From positions 78,836 through 110,835 of the forward strand of contig NZ_LNTB01000002.1 of the NCBI RefSeq assembly GCF_001462395.1: a stretch of 32,000 bases of DNA. The letters are read 5' to 3'. The stretch comes from Pyrodictium occultum (lineage in GTDB: Archaea > Thermoproteota > Thermoprotei_A > Sulfolobales > Pyrodictiaceae). The position numbers and the translations under genes were made by a program. Under the pieces are notes generated by a model, which was given only the letters and a program-made list of their open reading frames with translations, had not been told where the DNA came from and made no database searches. Positions 16,608 through 25,079 of this stretch are shown one piece after another; position 1 is the stretch's first letter; each line of letters opens with the position of its first letter.

Positions 16608-18100
16608 ATGATCTCGGTGATCGTAGTTTACAATGATGTAAGGATACTAAACGAGTGGTTATTAGAGAGTTTGAAGAATCAAAGTGCAGATTATGAGCTT
16701 ATAGCACTAGATAACAGGAAAGGCGATTTTCCTTCAGCTGCTAATGCCTACAACTATGGAGGCTTAAGGGCACGTGGCGACTATCTAATGTTTGTTCATC
16801 AAGACGTAAGATTATTGGGGAATACTTGGATTGAGGAGGCGGAGAGAATTCTACGGAACTTGCCTAAGCTAGGTGCTGCAGGTGTGGCTGGAAAAAGATG
16901 TGATATTCGTGGAGTTATAACTAATGCTATTCATGGTGTTCCACCGCGACCGGCTGGTCAGATAAGAATATCAAAACCTGTGAAGGTTCAAACGCTAGAT
17001 CCCCTGCTTATAATTGTGCCGAGAAAAGTTTTCCAGAGATTAAAGTATGATGAACATACATGCAACGGATGGCATCTTTATTCCATTCCGAGGATTACTG
17101 CCTCACCTTACAAAGGGAGGGGTTCAACTGTTATGTGCTACCACTTCCCGTTTATCATCGGTCAACAGGTGTAAAGCCGAAGAAAAGAAAACTCATTGAC
17201 TACGGCCCTTATCCTGATGAATACTATGCGATACTTAAAAAAGTGTTAAGGAAGCATAGGCTCCATTACCGTAAGATATGCACGACTTGTGGGGACTACT
17301 ATACATTTATACCTCTTTTTATCCAATTGACTCTGCCGAGAGTAATGAAGACTATCTTCTTGAGACTGTTTGGATCAAGCTTACGGTTATTGATTAGGAG
17401 CTGGCTGCTCAGGAATTTCGTTACAGCCTACTTTACGGCCAAGTATAGGAGGCTGTTGAGGGAGGGTGTAAGCTTAGATGACCTAATAGACTTTGCCTTT
17501 GAATTTGTTGGCCTACCACTAGTAAAGTCTCACCAATTGTCGGATATCGACCTTATCAACGCGTTAACCATAAGGCCTGCCCAAGTAAAGGAGGAAATCC
17601 GAGAATTCCTGAGCATACTGCAGAAAATAAGACCTAAAATCATTCTGGAGATAGGCACTGAGCGAGGGGGGACACTATTCCTGCTCAGCCAGGTAGCGGA
17701 TGAAGATGCCACACTCATATCCATAGACTTACCATGGGATAACCGAGCATCCAAAGGCCATAGCTTCGGCTTCAGCTATCCACCATGGAGAGAGAAACTT
17801 TACAGGTCATTTGCTAGGGGCAATCAGAAAATATATCTCCTAAGAGGGGATTCACACTCGCAAGCGACCCTAATGGAGGTCAAAAGAATCCTCAGAGGGA
17901 GAAAACTGGACGTCTTATTCATAGATGGGGATCATACTTATGAGGGTGTTAAGAAGGATTTTGAAATGTATTCTCCACTAGTTAAAAAAGGAGGTATAAT
18001 AGCTTTCCACGACATTGTCCCACACCTGCCTGAAACCGGTTGTGAGGTAAACAAATTCTGGAACGAGATTAAGAATAACTATAAATATCTCTTGAGATAG
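16608..18100 (+). pseudogene. GT2 - Methyltransf_24-like fusion, frame disrupted by a 5-bp tandem duplication
   Basis: ORF 16608..17174 (GT2: MISVIVVYNDVRILNEWLLESLKNQSADYELIALDN...MFVHQDVRLLG) and ORF 17060..18100 (YHRSTGVKPKK...IILEIGTERGGTLFLLSQVADEDATLISIDLP...LDVLFIDGDHTYEGVKKDFEMYSPLVKKGGIIAFHDIV). Removing one ATTCC at 17080-17089 gives GWHLYSEDYCLTLQREGFNCYVLPLPVYHRS, one continuous ~495-aa protein. Confidence 0.7.
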
Positions 18101-18139
18101 TTTGAGGATTGGAACCAGAAGTGGGCGGAGATAGGTGTC

Positions 18140-18826
18140 TTGTGTCATGTATCTGTACTAGAGTTCTTTATTGAATACGCGAGAGCAGAGGAGTTTAAGG
18201 GTAAAAAGGTATTAGAGGTTGGAAGTAGATATGTTAATGGAAGTGTGCGTCCGTTGATTGAGAAATATTTCCAACCTAAAGAATACATTGGAGTGGATAT
18301 AGAGCCCGGTAAGTTTGTAGACCTGGTGTTGCCTGCTGAAAGGCTCCTAGAATACTTTGGCCCGGAATCTTTTGACGTGGTGATTAGTACGGAGTTGCTT
18401 GAGCACGTCGTTGATTGGAGGCTTGTAGTAAATAACATGAAGGGTGTGCTGAAACGTGGGGGATACATTTATATCACGACTAGATCTAGAAGTTTCCCTT
18501 ATCATGCCTATCCTTACGATTTCTGGAGATATGAAATTGAGGACATGAAAAGGATCTTCGCTGATTTCAACATTATAAAATTAGAAAAGGATCATCAGGC
18601 TCCTGGGGTCTTTCTTAAGGCCAAGAAGCCAGAGAACTATGTACCAGCTGACTTGTCGAACATAGCGCTTTACTCTATAATATTAGGGAGGAGAACAAGA
18701 GACATTCCAGATATTGGCGATGCTCCACTTATTAGGAGGCTTATCCTTAGACTATTAAGTTCTAAGGCCAAGTGGCTACTGCCAGGAGGCTTATTACGTC
18801 TCATAGAAAAGAAAATCGTGGTTTAA
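18140..18826 (+). CDS. SAM-dependent methyltransferase
   Basis: FKGKKVLEVGSRYVNGSVRPLIEKYFQPKEYIGVDIEPGKFVDLVLPAERL...FDVVISTELLEHVVDWRLVVNNMKGVLKRGGYIYITTRS. TTG start; same frame as and continuous with the sequence after the TAG at 18098-18100. Confidence 0.8.
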   Translation: MCHVSVLEFFIEYARAEEFKGKKVLEVGSRYVNGSVRPLIEKYFQPKEYIGVDIEPGKFVDLVLPAERLLEYFGPESFDVVISTELLEHVVDWRLVVNNMKGVLKRGGYIYITTRSRSFPYHAYPYDFWRYEIEDMKRIFADFNIIKLEKDHQAPGVFLKAKKPENYVPADLSNIALYSIILGRRTRDIPDIGDAPLIRRLILRLLSSKAKWLLPGGLLRLIEKKIVV

Positions 18827-18988
18827 GTACTTAGTTCTTTATCAAAGAATCGTTGTTATATTAGGCTTATCCACAATATAAAATTTAATTTATTCAAGCT
18901 TCACAATTTATTTTATCTACCAGCAAGCTATCAAAACGCTAAAATAGGAGAGTAGAATATTATCTAAGAACGTAAGTTAAAGATTAGT

Positions 18989-19760
18989 TTGGGTGCGAAG
19001 GAATTGAAGACAATAATTGTTCTGGGGATGGGTAGGTCTGGAACCTCGATGGTAGCTGGGATTCTGCACATACTCGGGGTTAACATGGGCGAGAGGCTCC
19101 TCGGGGCCCACTGGTCCAACCCTCTAGGCCACTTCGAGGACCTTGACTTCGTCGAGTTGAACGAGGAGATCCTGAGGGCGGCCGGTGGGAGCTGGGACAA
19201 CCCCCCGGCCCGGGAGGCGATCCTGGCGGTCGCCCCACGCTTCTACGATAGGATAAGGCCGCTCGCGGAGGAGGAGAGGAGGAGGCACGAGGTGTGGGGC
19301 TGGAAGGATCCCAGGACCTCCCTCACCGTGGAGCTGTACCTCCCCCACCTCGAGAACCCCTACTTCATAGTGTGCCACCGCGACTGGGAGGCTATAGCGC
19401 GCTCCCTCAAGAGGAGGGATGGGATGAGCATAGAGAGGGGGTCTGGCTGGCCAGGGTGTGCTATGAGAGGGTTGAGGAGTTCTTCAGGGAGCACCCGGGC
19501 CTCAGAAGACTGGACGTTCGCTACGAGGACTTCATAGCCGGCCCGGAGGCTCACGTCAGGAGGATAGCCTCGTCCATAGGCCTGGAGCCCGGTGAGGAGA
19601 GGATCAGGAGGGCCACTGCCTTCGTGCTCTCCCCGGGGAGAGGGAGAGGCTAGTCAGGAGGATGAGGAGGGAGGAGATGGCCCGAAGGATCGTCAGGGGC
19701 TTGACGAACCCGAGGAAGGCGCTCAGGTACATTATGGGGAGGCTCCTGGGGAGAAGGTAG
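18989..19760 (+). pseudogene. Sulfotransferase (P-loop, PAPS-dependent type), apparently split by one or two -1 slips in G tracts
   Basis: TIIVLGMGRSGTSMVAGILHILGVNMGERLLG (5'-phosphosulfate-binding loop type motif)...NPYFIVCHRDWEAIARSLKRRDGMSIERG in frame 18989..19537, then VWLARVCYERVEEFFREHPGLRRLDVRYEDFIAGPEAHVRRIASSIGLEPGEERIRRATAFVLSPG in frame 19294..19653, possibly then ERERLVRRMRREEMARRIVRGLTNPRKALRYIMGRLLGRR* ending at 19760. Confidence 0.75.
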
Positions 19761-19820
19761 CCGGCTCACGGCCCCCGTTTATACCCTGCCCGCCGCCCTG
19801 CCTCCCCCGGGGGCTCAGCG

Positions 19821-20897
19821 TTGGGCGGCGGCGTTAGGGGCCTGGTTCTTGCGGGCGGCGAGGGCACGCGGCTTAGGCCGCTGACCCTCGCCATGCCTAA
19901 GCATTTGGTGCCCCTGCTGGGTAGGGCTATGATTGAGTACCCCATCGGGCACCTGGTGGAGGCTGGGGTTAGGGATGTTGGTGTTGTGGTCGGCTACCTG
20001 GGCCACTTGATCACGGGCTACCTGGGTGATGGGTCTAGGTATGGGGCCAGGTTCACGTACATAAGGCAGGGGGAGAGGCTTGGGATAGCGCACGCTATAC
20101 ACCTGGCCGTCGAGGAGGGCTTCGTGGATGGGCCCTTCGTTGTCTACCTTGGTGACAACATACTCGCCGGGGGGGTACGGGGGTTCCTGGAGAGGTTCCT
20201 GGAGGAGGAGCCGGACGTGCTCATACTCCTCTCCAGGGTCAGGGATCCCGGGAGGTTCGGCGTCGCGGTCGTCAGGGACGGCAGGGTCGTGCGGCTGGTG
20301 GAGAAGCCGAGGGAGCCCCCCTCAAACCTCGCCCTGATAGGGGTCTACTTCTTCAGGGACCCCGACCTGGTGGAGAGGGCCTTCACGGCCCTCAAGCCTT
20401 CGTGGAGGGGTGAGTACGAGGTCACGGACCTGATACAGTGGTTCATAGACAACGGGTACAGGGTCGACTACGACGTAGTAAACGGCTGGTGGAAGGACGT
20501 CGGGACCCCCGAGGGGCTCCTCGAGGCGATATACCTCCTCCTGGACGAGTCCAAGCCCAGGATTGACGGGGAGGTCGCGGGGGAGGTCGTGGGGAGGGTT
20601 ATAGTGGAGGAGGGCGCCGTAGTCGAGGGGAGGGTCTACGGGCCGGCCTACATAGGCCGGGGGGCCCGCATAGGCGGGGAGGCTGCGGTCGAGCACTACG
20701 TGTCCATAGAGAGCGGGTCCAGGGTGCTCTCGGGCTCCATATCGAGGTCGCTCATAATGAGCGACAGCGTCATAGACGTCAAAAGGCTTAGGCTCGTTGA
20801 CAGCGTTGTGGGCCAGGGCTCCATCGTGAGGGCCTCCAGGGAGATACACGGGGAGATCAGGCTGGCGATATCGAATTACAGCCGGGTCGAGATATAG
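19821..20897 (+). CDS. rmlA: Glucose-1-phosphate thymidylyltransferase / NDP-sugar pyrophosphorylase (archaeal long form with beta-helix C-terminus)
   Basis: GLVLAGGEGTRLRPLTLAMPKHLVPLLGRAMIEYPIGHLVEAGVRDVGVVVG...FVVYLGDNI...VEKPREPPSNLALIGVYFF; C-terminal hexapeptide-like repeats. Confidence 0.9.
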   Translation: MGGGVRGLVLAGGEGTRLRPLTLAMPKHLVPLLGRAMIEYPIGHLVEAGVRDVGVVVGYLGHLITGYLGDGSRYGARFTYIRQGERLGIAHAIHLAVEEGFVDGPFVVYLGDNILAGGVRGFLERFLEEEPDVLILLSRVRDPGRFGVAVVRDGRVVRLVEKPREPPSNLALIGVYFFRDPDLVERAFTALKPSWRGEYEVTDLIQWFIDNGYRVDYDVVNGWWKDVGTPEGLLEAIYLLLDESKPRIDGEVAGEVVGRVIVEEGAVVEGRVYGPAYIGRGARIGGEAAVEHYVSIESGSRVLSGSISRSLIMSDSVIDVKRLRLVDSVVGQGSIVRASREIHGEIRLAISNYSRVEI

Positions 20898-20945
20898 CGC
20901 CGATACTGGAGTATGCGCGGTGACGTCGGCTGGAGGGGTGGCTTG

Positions 20946-21950
20946 GTGAGGGTCCTAATCACGGGTTGCGCGGGCTACATAGGCACAACGCTCACCCCAT
21001 ACCTCCTCAGGAGGGGCTACGAGGTCAGATGCGTCGACAAGCTAATCTTTGGGAGGGATGTCGTAGAGCACGTGCTAGGTGAGAGGGGGTTCGAGCTTGT
21101 AGAGGCCGACGTGAGGAGCGTAGACCCCCAGGTTCTCAGCGGGGTCGACTGCGTGGTGGACATGGCCGCCATACCTAACGACCCCGCGGGGGACCTCAAC
21201 CCCGAGCTCACGCTCTCCATAAACTACAGGGGCAGGGCTAGGATGGCATCCATGGCGAGGGAGAGGGGGGTCCCCTGCTATGTCCTATTCTCCAGCTGCA
21301 GCGTCTACGGGAGGCAGGAGGGGCCCGTCGACGAGGCCGCGGAGCCCAGGCCGCTGACAGTCTACGCCAGGGCCAACCTCCTAGCGGAGAGGGCCGTTCT
21401 CCCCCTCGCCAGCGAAGGGTTCACCCCCGTGGCCCTCAGGCTAGCTACAGTCTACGGGCCATCGAGGAGGATGAGGTTCGACCTCGTAGTCAACGCTATG
21501 ACCCTCTCAGCCTACCGGGAGGGGAGGATATACGTCGAGGGCGACGGGATGCAGGAGAGACCCCTAGTACACGTCCTAGACGTGGCTAGGGCCGTGGAGA
21601 GGGTGCTGGAGGCCGTGGAGAGGGACCCAGACCCCCTCAAGGGCCAGGTAATCAACATCGGCTCGGACGAGCAGAACTACAGGATAATCGAGATAGCTAG
21701 GATAGTGCGCGGGATAGTCGGGGGCGAGATAGTCTTCCGGGGCGAGGTTGACAGGAGGAGTTACAGGGTCAAGTTCGGGAGGGCTAGGAGGCTACTCGGC
21801 TTCCAGCCACTCTACACAGTGGAGGATGGAGTCAAGCAGGTATACCACGAGCTCCTCACGGGGAAGCTGAAGCCCGAGCCCCGCTGGATAACGGTTCAGT
21901 GGTATAGGGAGCTACTCTCCAGGAACCCGGAGGTGCTGCTAAAGTGGTAG
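20946..21950 (+). CDS. NAD-dependent NDP-sugar epimerase/dehydratase (extended SDR) with YxxxN in place of YxxxK
   Basis: VRVLITGCAGYIGTTLTPYLLRRGYEVRCVDKLIFG...FSSCSVYGRQEGPVDEAAEPRPLTVYARANLLAERAVL. ORF extends to 20913; GTG 20946 or TTG 20943 are the likelier starts. Confidence 0.8.
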   Translation: MRVLITGCAGYIGTTLTPYLLRRGYEVRCVDKLIFGRDVVEHVLGERGFELVEADVRSVDPQVLSGVDCVVDMAAIPNDPAGDLNPELTLSINYRGRARMASMARERGVPCYVLFSSCSVYGRQEGPVDEAAEPRPLTVYARANLLAERAVLPLASEGFTPVALRLATVYGPSRRMRFDLVVNAMTLSAYREGRIYVEGDGMQERPLVHVLDVARAVERVLEAVERDPDPLKGQVINIGSDEQNYRIIEIARIVRGIVGGEIVFRGEVDRRSYRVKFGRARRLLGFQPLYTVEDGVKQVYHELLTGKLKPEPRWITVQWYRELLSRNPEVLLKW

Positions 21951-22837
21951 CCCTGGTCACGGGGGTCAGCTCCTCCCCGGGCTACAAGGCCGCCCTCTCC
22001 CTCGCCCGCAGGGGGGTCGAGGTGGTCGGAGTCTATAACCAGCATCCCGTCAGAGTTAAGGGTGTGGAGACCATTAGGAGGGACCTCACCCGGGACGCCC
22101 GCGGGCTCGTGAGGGAGTACAAGCCCGACGCCGTGGTGCACACCGCCGCTATGGGAAACGTCGACCTCTGCGAGGAGGATAGAAGCGCCTGCTACAGGGT
22201 GAACGTTGAGGCGACTAGGGAGCTCCTCAGGGAGGCCTACAGGCTCGGAGCCAGGATAGTCTACCTCTCGACGGACTACGTCTTCGACGGGGCGAGGGGG
22301 CTCTACAGGGAGGAAGACACGCCCTCCCCCGTCAACTTCTACGGGCTCACCAAGCTCCTAGGAGAGGAGGCGGCGCTAGCCCTCGGGGGCGTAGTGGCCA
22401 GGACCTCAGCGGTCTACGGCGTGGGCCCGGGGAGGCCCAACTTCGGCAAGGTTGTGGTCGAGAAGCTCATGCGAGGAGAGCGGGTGAGAGCCTTCACAGA
22501 CCAGTGGCTCTCCCCCACGCTCAACACCCTCCTAGGCGAGGCCCTCGCAATGCTGGCGGTCGAAGCCGACTACGAGGGGATACTACACGTGGCCGGCCCC
22601 CGGATGAGCAGGTACGACTTCGCCGTCGCAGTAGCCAGAGCCTTCGGCCTAGACGAGGGGCTCATAGAGCCCGCCTCGATGGATAGCGTGGACTTCAAGG
22701 CTCCAAGGCCCAGGGATAGCAGCCTTGACTCCTCCAAGGCCTCAAGAATGCTGGGGCTAAGGCTCAACGACCTAGGCCACGCGCTCAGCCTATTCAAGAG
22801 AGAGCTTCGCGGCGAGACGGGCCAGCCCCCAACTTAA
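21944..22837 (+). CDS. rmlD: dTDP-4-dehydrorhamnose reductase (RmlD-like)
   Basis: VALVTGVSSSPGYKAALSLARRGVEVVGVYNQ...DAVVHTAAMGNVDLCEEDRSACYRVNVEATRELL...VYLSTDYVFDGARGLYREEDTPSPVNFYGLTKLLGEEAAL. Confidence 0.87.
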   Translation: MVALVTGVSSSPGYKAALSLARRGVEVVGVYNQHPVRVKGVETIRRDLTRDARGLVREYKPDAVVHTAAMGNVDLCEEDRSACYRVNVEATRELLREAYRLGARIVYLSTDYVFDGARGLYREEDTPSPVNFYGLTKLLGEEAALALGGVVARTSAVYGVGPGRPNFGKVVVEKLMRGERVRAFTDQWLSPTLNTLLGEALAMLAVEADYEGILHVAGPRMSRYDFAVAVARAFGLDEGLIEPASMDSVDFKAPRPRDSSLDSSKASRMLGLRLNDLGHALSLFKRELRGETGQPPT

Positions 22838-22864
22838 ATCCTCCGGGAACCCCGAGCCGTTCTG

Positions 22865-23446
22865 GTGGTGTATGCCTTGCCGTTCAAGTCCTTCAAGCGG
22901 CTCGGGATCCCCGACGTGGTACTGGTCGAGCCCGTGGTCTTCCCCGATGAGAGGGGCTTCTTCGCGGAGCTCTACAAGAGGACCCCATTCCTCTCCGAGG
23001 GGATCCCCTACGACTTCGTCCAGGTGAACCTGAGCAAGTCGAGGAGGGGCGTCGTCAGGGGGCTGCACTACCAGCTCAGGCCGATGGAGCAGGGTAAGCT
23101 GGTCACGGTCCTCCGGGGCAGGATCCTGGACGTTGCAGTGGATATCAGGAGGGGGAGCCCGTGGTATGGGAGGTACGTGGCTGTCGAGCTGGCCGCCAAC
23201 GAGCCCAGGCTGCTCTGGGTGCCCCCAGGCTTCGCCCACGGGTTCCAGGCGCTCGAGGACGACACCCTGGTACTATACCTGGTGACCAAGGAGTACAGCC
23301 CCGAGCACGAGCGCTGCATCAAGTGGGACGATCCGGACATAGGCGTGGACTGGCCCATAAAGGAGGGCGTCCTGCTCAGCGAGAAGGACCAGAGGTGCCC
23401 GCCGCTGCGCGGGGCGGAGACGAACTTCGAGTACCCCGGGGGCTAG
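22865..23446 (+). CDS. rmlC: dTDP-4-dehydrorhamnose 3,5-epimerase
   Basis: VLVEPVVFPDERGFFAELYKRTPFLSEGIPYDFVQVNLSKSRRGVVRGLHYQLRPMEQGKLVTVLRGRILDVAVDIRRGSPWYG...WVPPGFAHGFQALEDD. Confidence 0.93.
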   Translation: MVYALPFKSFKRLGIPDVVLVEPVVFPDERGFFAELYKRTPFLSEGIPYDFVQVNLSKSRRGVVRGLHYQLRPMEQGKLVTVLRGRILDVAVDIRRGSPWYGRYVAVELAANEPRLLWVPPGFAHGFQALEDDTLVLYLVTKEYSPEHERCIKWDDPDIGVDWPIKEGVLLSEKDQRCPPLRGAETNFEYPGG

Positions 23447-23577
23447 TGCCCCCGGACAGCGGTCTTGCCGCGGCTGTTGCTGCCGGCGTTGCTGTGCGGC
23501 TTCCCTTGCTGCTACCGCTGCTGCCCTGCGGGGGCTGTCCGGCGGGGGTGGTGGCGTTCTCGTGGCCCCGGGGCGTC

Positions 23578-23597
23578 TTTAATGATATTTAATTAAT
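23578..23597 (+). promoter_or_regulatory. Candidate promoter (TATA) element tttaatgatatttaattaat
   Basis: 20-bp pure AT-type stretch in a GC-rich intergenic region, about 40-55 nt upstream of the 23633 ORF. Confidence 0.5.
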
Positions 23598-23632
23598 GCC
23601 TCGTCCTCCCCGGGGCTGCGGGGTTTGGGGTC

Positions 23633-23878
23633 TTGGCCTCCGGCGGCTCTGGCGGCAGGAGGGGGAGGTACACTACTGTCTCTATACCGGTCTCCCTCTA
23701 CGAGCGGATCCAGAGGCTTATCGAGGGGACGGGGTTCACCAGTGTGTCCCAGTTTGTGACGTATGTGCTGCGGGAGGTTGTGGCGGAGATGGAGGAGGAG
23801 AGGCTGAGGAGCGGGGAGGTTGGTGAGGAGGAGAAGAAGGCTATTCTCGAGAGGCTTCGGAGGCTTGGCTACCTGTAG
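23633..23878 (+). CDS. Small ribbon-helix-helix (CopG-like) protein
   Basis: RYTTVSIPVSLYERIQRLIEGTGFTSVSQFVTYVLREVVAEMEEERLRSGEVGEEEKKAILERLRRLGYL; TTG start. Confidence 0.7.
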   Translation: MASGGSGGRRGRYTTVSIPVSLYERIQRLIEGTGFTSVSQFVTYVLREVVAEMEEERLRSGEVGEEEKKAILERLRRLGYL

Positions 23879-23904
23879 CCCTCCTATTGGCGGGGTGGTG
23901 TGGT

Positions 23905-25065
23905 GTGGTCTCGCGTCCTCATGGGGGTAGGCTTGTGGACAGGGTTGCCCGGGGTGGGTCGAGGGAGAGGCTGCTGCGGGAGGCTCTGGAGATGCCCAGG
24001 CTGGAGGTTGGCGGGGGCTTGGCTGCGGATGCCGCTAATATCGCGCATGGGGTTTATAGCCCGTTGGATGGCTTCATGGTGCAGGAGGATTACCTCTCGG
24101 TGCTGCATGATATGAGGCTTAGCAGTGATGTGCCGTGGACTATCCCGATTGTGCTTGATGCTTCTCCGGGCGAGCTGGCGGGGGTTAGGGAGGGTGATGA
24201 GGTTGCCCTCTTCTACCGTGGTGAGCCGCTGGCGGTGCTCCGGGTTGAGGAGATCTATGGCTGGGACCGGAGGGAGCATGCCCTCAACGTGTTTAAGACC
24301 ACTGACCCGGGGCACCCGGGCGTTGCCAGGCTTATGAGGAGGAAGGAGCTGTTCGTGGGCGGGCCTATCCTCCTCCTCCGGGACCCGCCGGAGCCTTTTG
24401 AGAGGGTGAGGCTCTGGCCCCGGGAGACGCGTGTGCTCTTCGAGGCCAAGGGCTGGAGGACTATAGCGGCTTTCCAGACGCGCAACGTGCCCCATCTAGG
24501 CCACGAGCATGTGCAGAAGGCCGCGCTCACCTTCGCCGACGGGCTGTTTGTGAGCCCTCTGGTGGGCTGGAAGAAGCCCGGCGACTACAGGGACGAGGTG
24601 ATAGTTGAGGCCTACAGGGTGTTGCTGGAGAACTACTTCCCCAGGGAGAGTGTTGTATTCAGCGTGCTCAGGATGGAGATGAGGTACGCGGGGCCGCGGG
24701 AGGCGGTGCACCACGCGATAGTGAGGAAGAACTTCGGCGCAACCCACTTCATAGTGGGGAGGGACCACGCGGGGGTCGGGAGCTACTACGGCCCCTACGA
24801 GGCATGGGAGCTGTTCAGGGAGTTCCCGGACCTAGGGATAACCCCCCTCTTCGTCAGGGAGGCGTTCTACTGCAGAAAGTGCGGCCAGGTGGTCAACGAG
24901 AAGATATGCCCCCACGGCGAGGAGTACAGGGTGAGGATCAGCGGCACCAGGCTGCGGGAGATGCTCCGGAGGGGCGAGAGGCCGCCGGAGTACATGATGA
25001 GGCCGGAGGTGGCGGAGGTGGTCCTAAGGCACCCGGACCCCTTCGTGCCCGGGGACGAGAGGTGA
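23905..25065 (+). CDS. sat: Sulfate adenylyltransferase (ATP sulfurylase)
   Basis: SPLDGFMVQEDYLSVLHDMRLSSDVPWTIPIVLD...AAFQTRNVPHLGHEHVQKAAL...VGRDHAGVGSYYGPYEAWELF...FYCRKCGQVVNEKICPHG (zinc-binding insertion)...ISGTRLREMLRRGERPPEYMMRPEVAEVV. ORF extends upstream to TTG 23887. Confidence 0.95.
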   Translation: MVSRPHGGRLVDRVARGGSRERLLREALEMPRLEVGGGLAADAANIAHGVYSPLDGFMVQEDYLSVLHDMRLSSDVPWTIPIVLDASPGELAGVREGDEVALFYRGEPLAVLRVEEIYGWDRREHALNVFKTTDPGHPGVARLMRRKELFVGGPILLLRDPPEPFERVRLWPRETRVLFEAKGWRTIAAFQTRNVPHLGHEHVQKAALTFADGLFVSPLVGWKKPGDYRDEVIVEAYRVLLENYFPRESVVFSVLRMEMRYAGPREAVHHAIVRKNFGATHFIVGRDHAGVGSYYGPYEAWELFREFPDLGITPLFVREAFYCRKCGQVVNEKICPHGEEYRVRISGTRLREMLRRGERPPEYMMRPEVAEVVLRHPDPFVPGDER

Positions 25066-25079
25066 GGGATGCGGGAGGG

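Noticed and set aside
14491-18862. Short shared word caaagaatcgt at about 14497 and about 18855
   Set aside because: Only ~11 bp in AT-rich DNA; could be chance, not enough to call a repeat.
5694-18985. Provirus, integrative element or transposon as the origin of the AT-rich island
   Set aside because: No integrase, transposase, viral structural gene, tRNA border or terminal repeats that I can recognise; content is all glycan-related.
24804-25079. N-terminal extension of the phosphodiesterase ORF
   Set aside because: Lies over the 3' end of sat in another frame; GTG at 25080 with an SD-like gggagggg is the sensible start.
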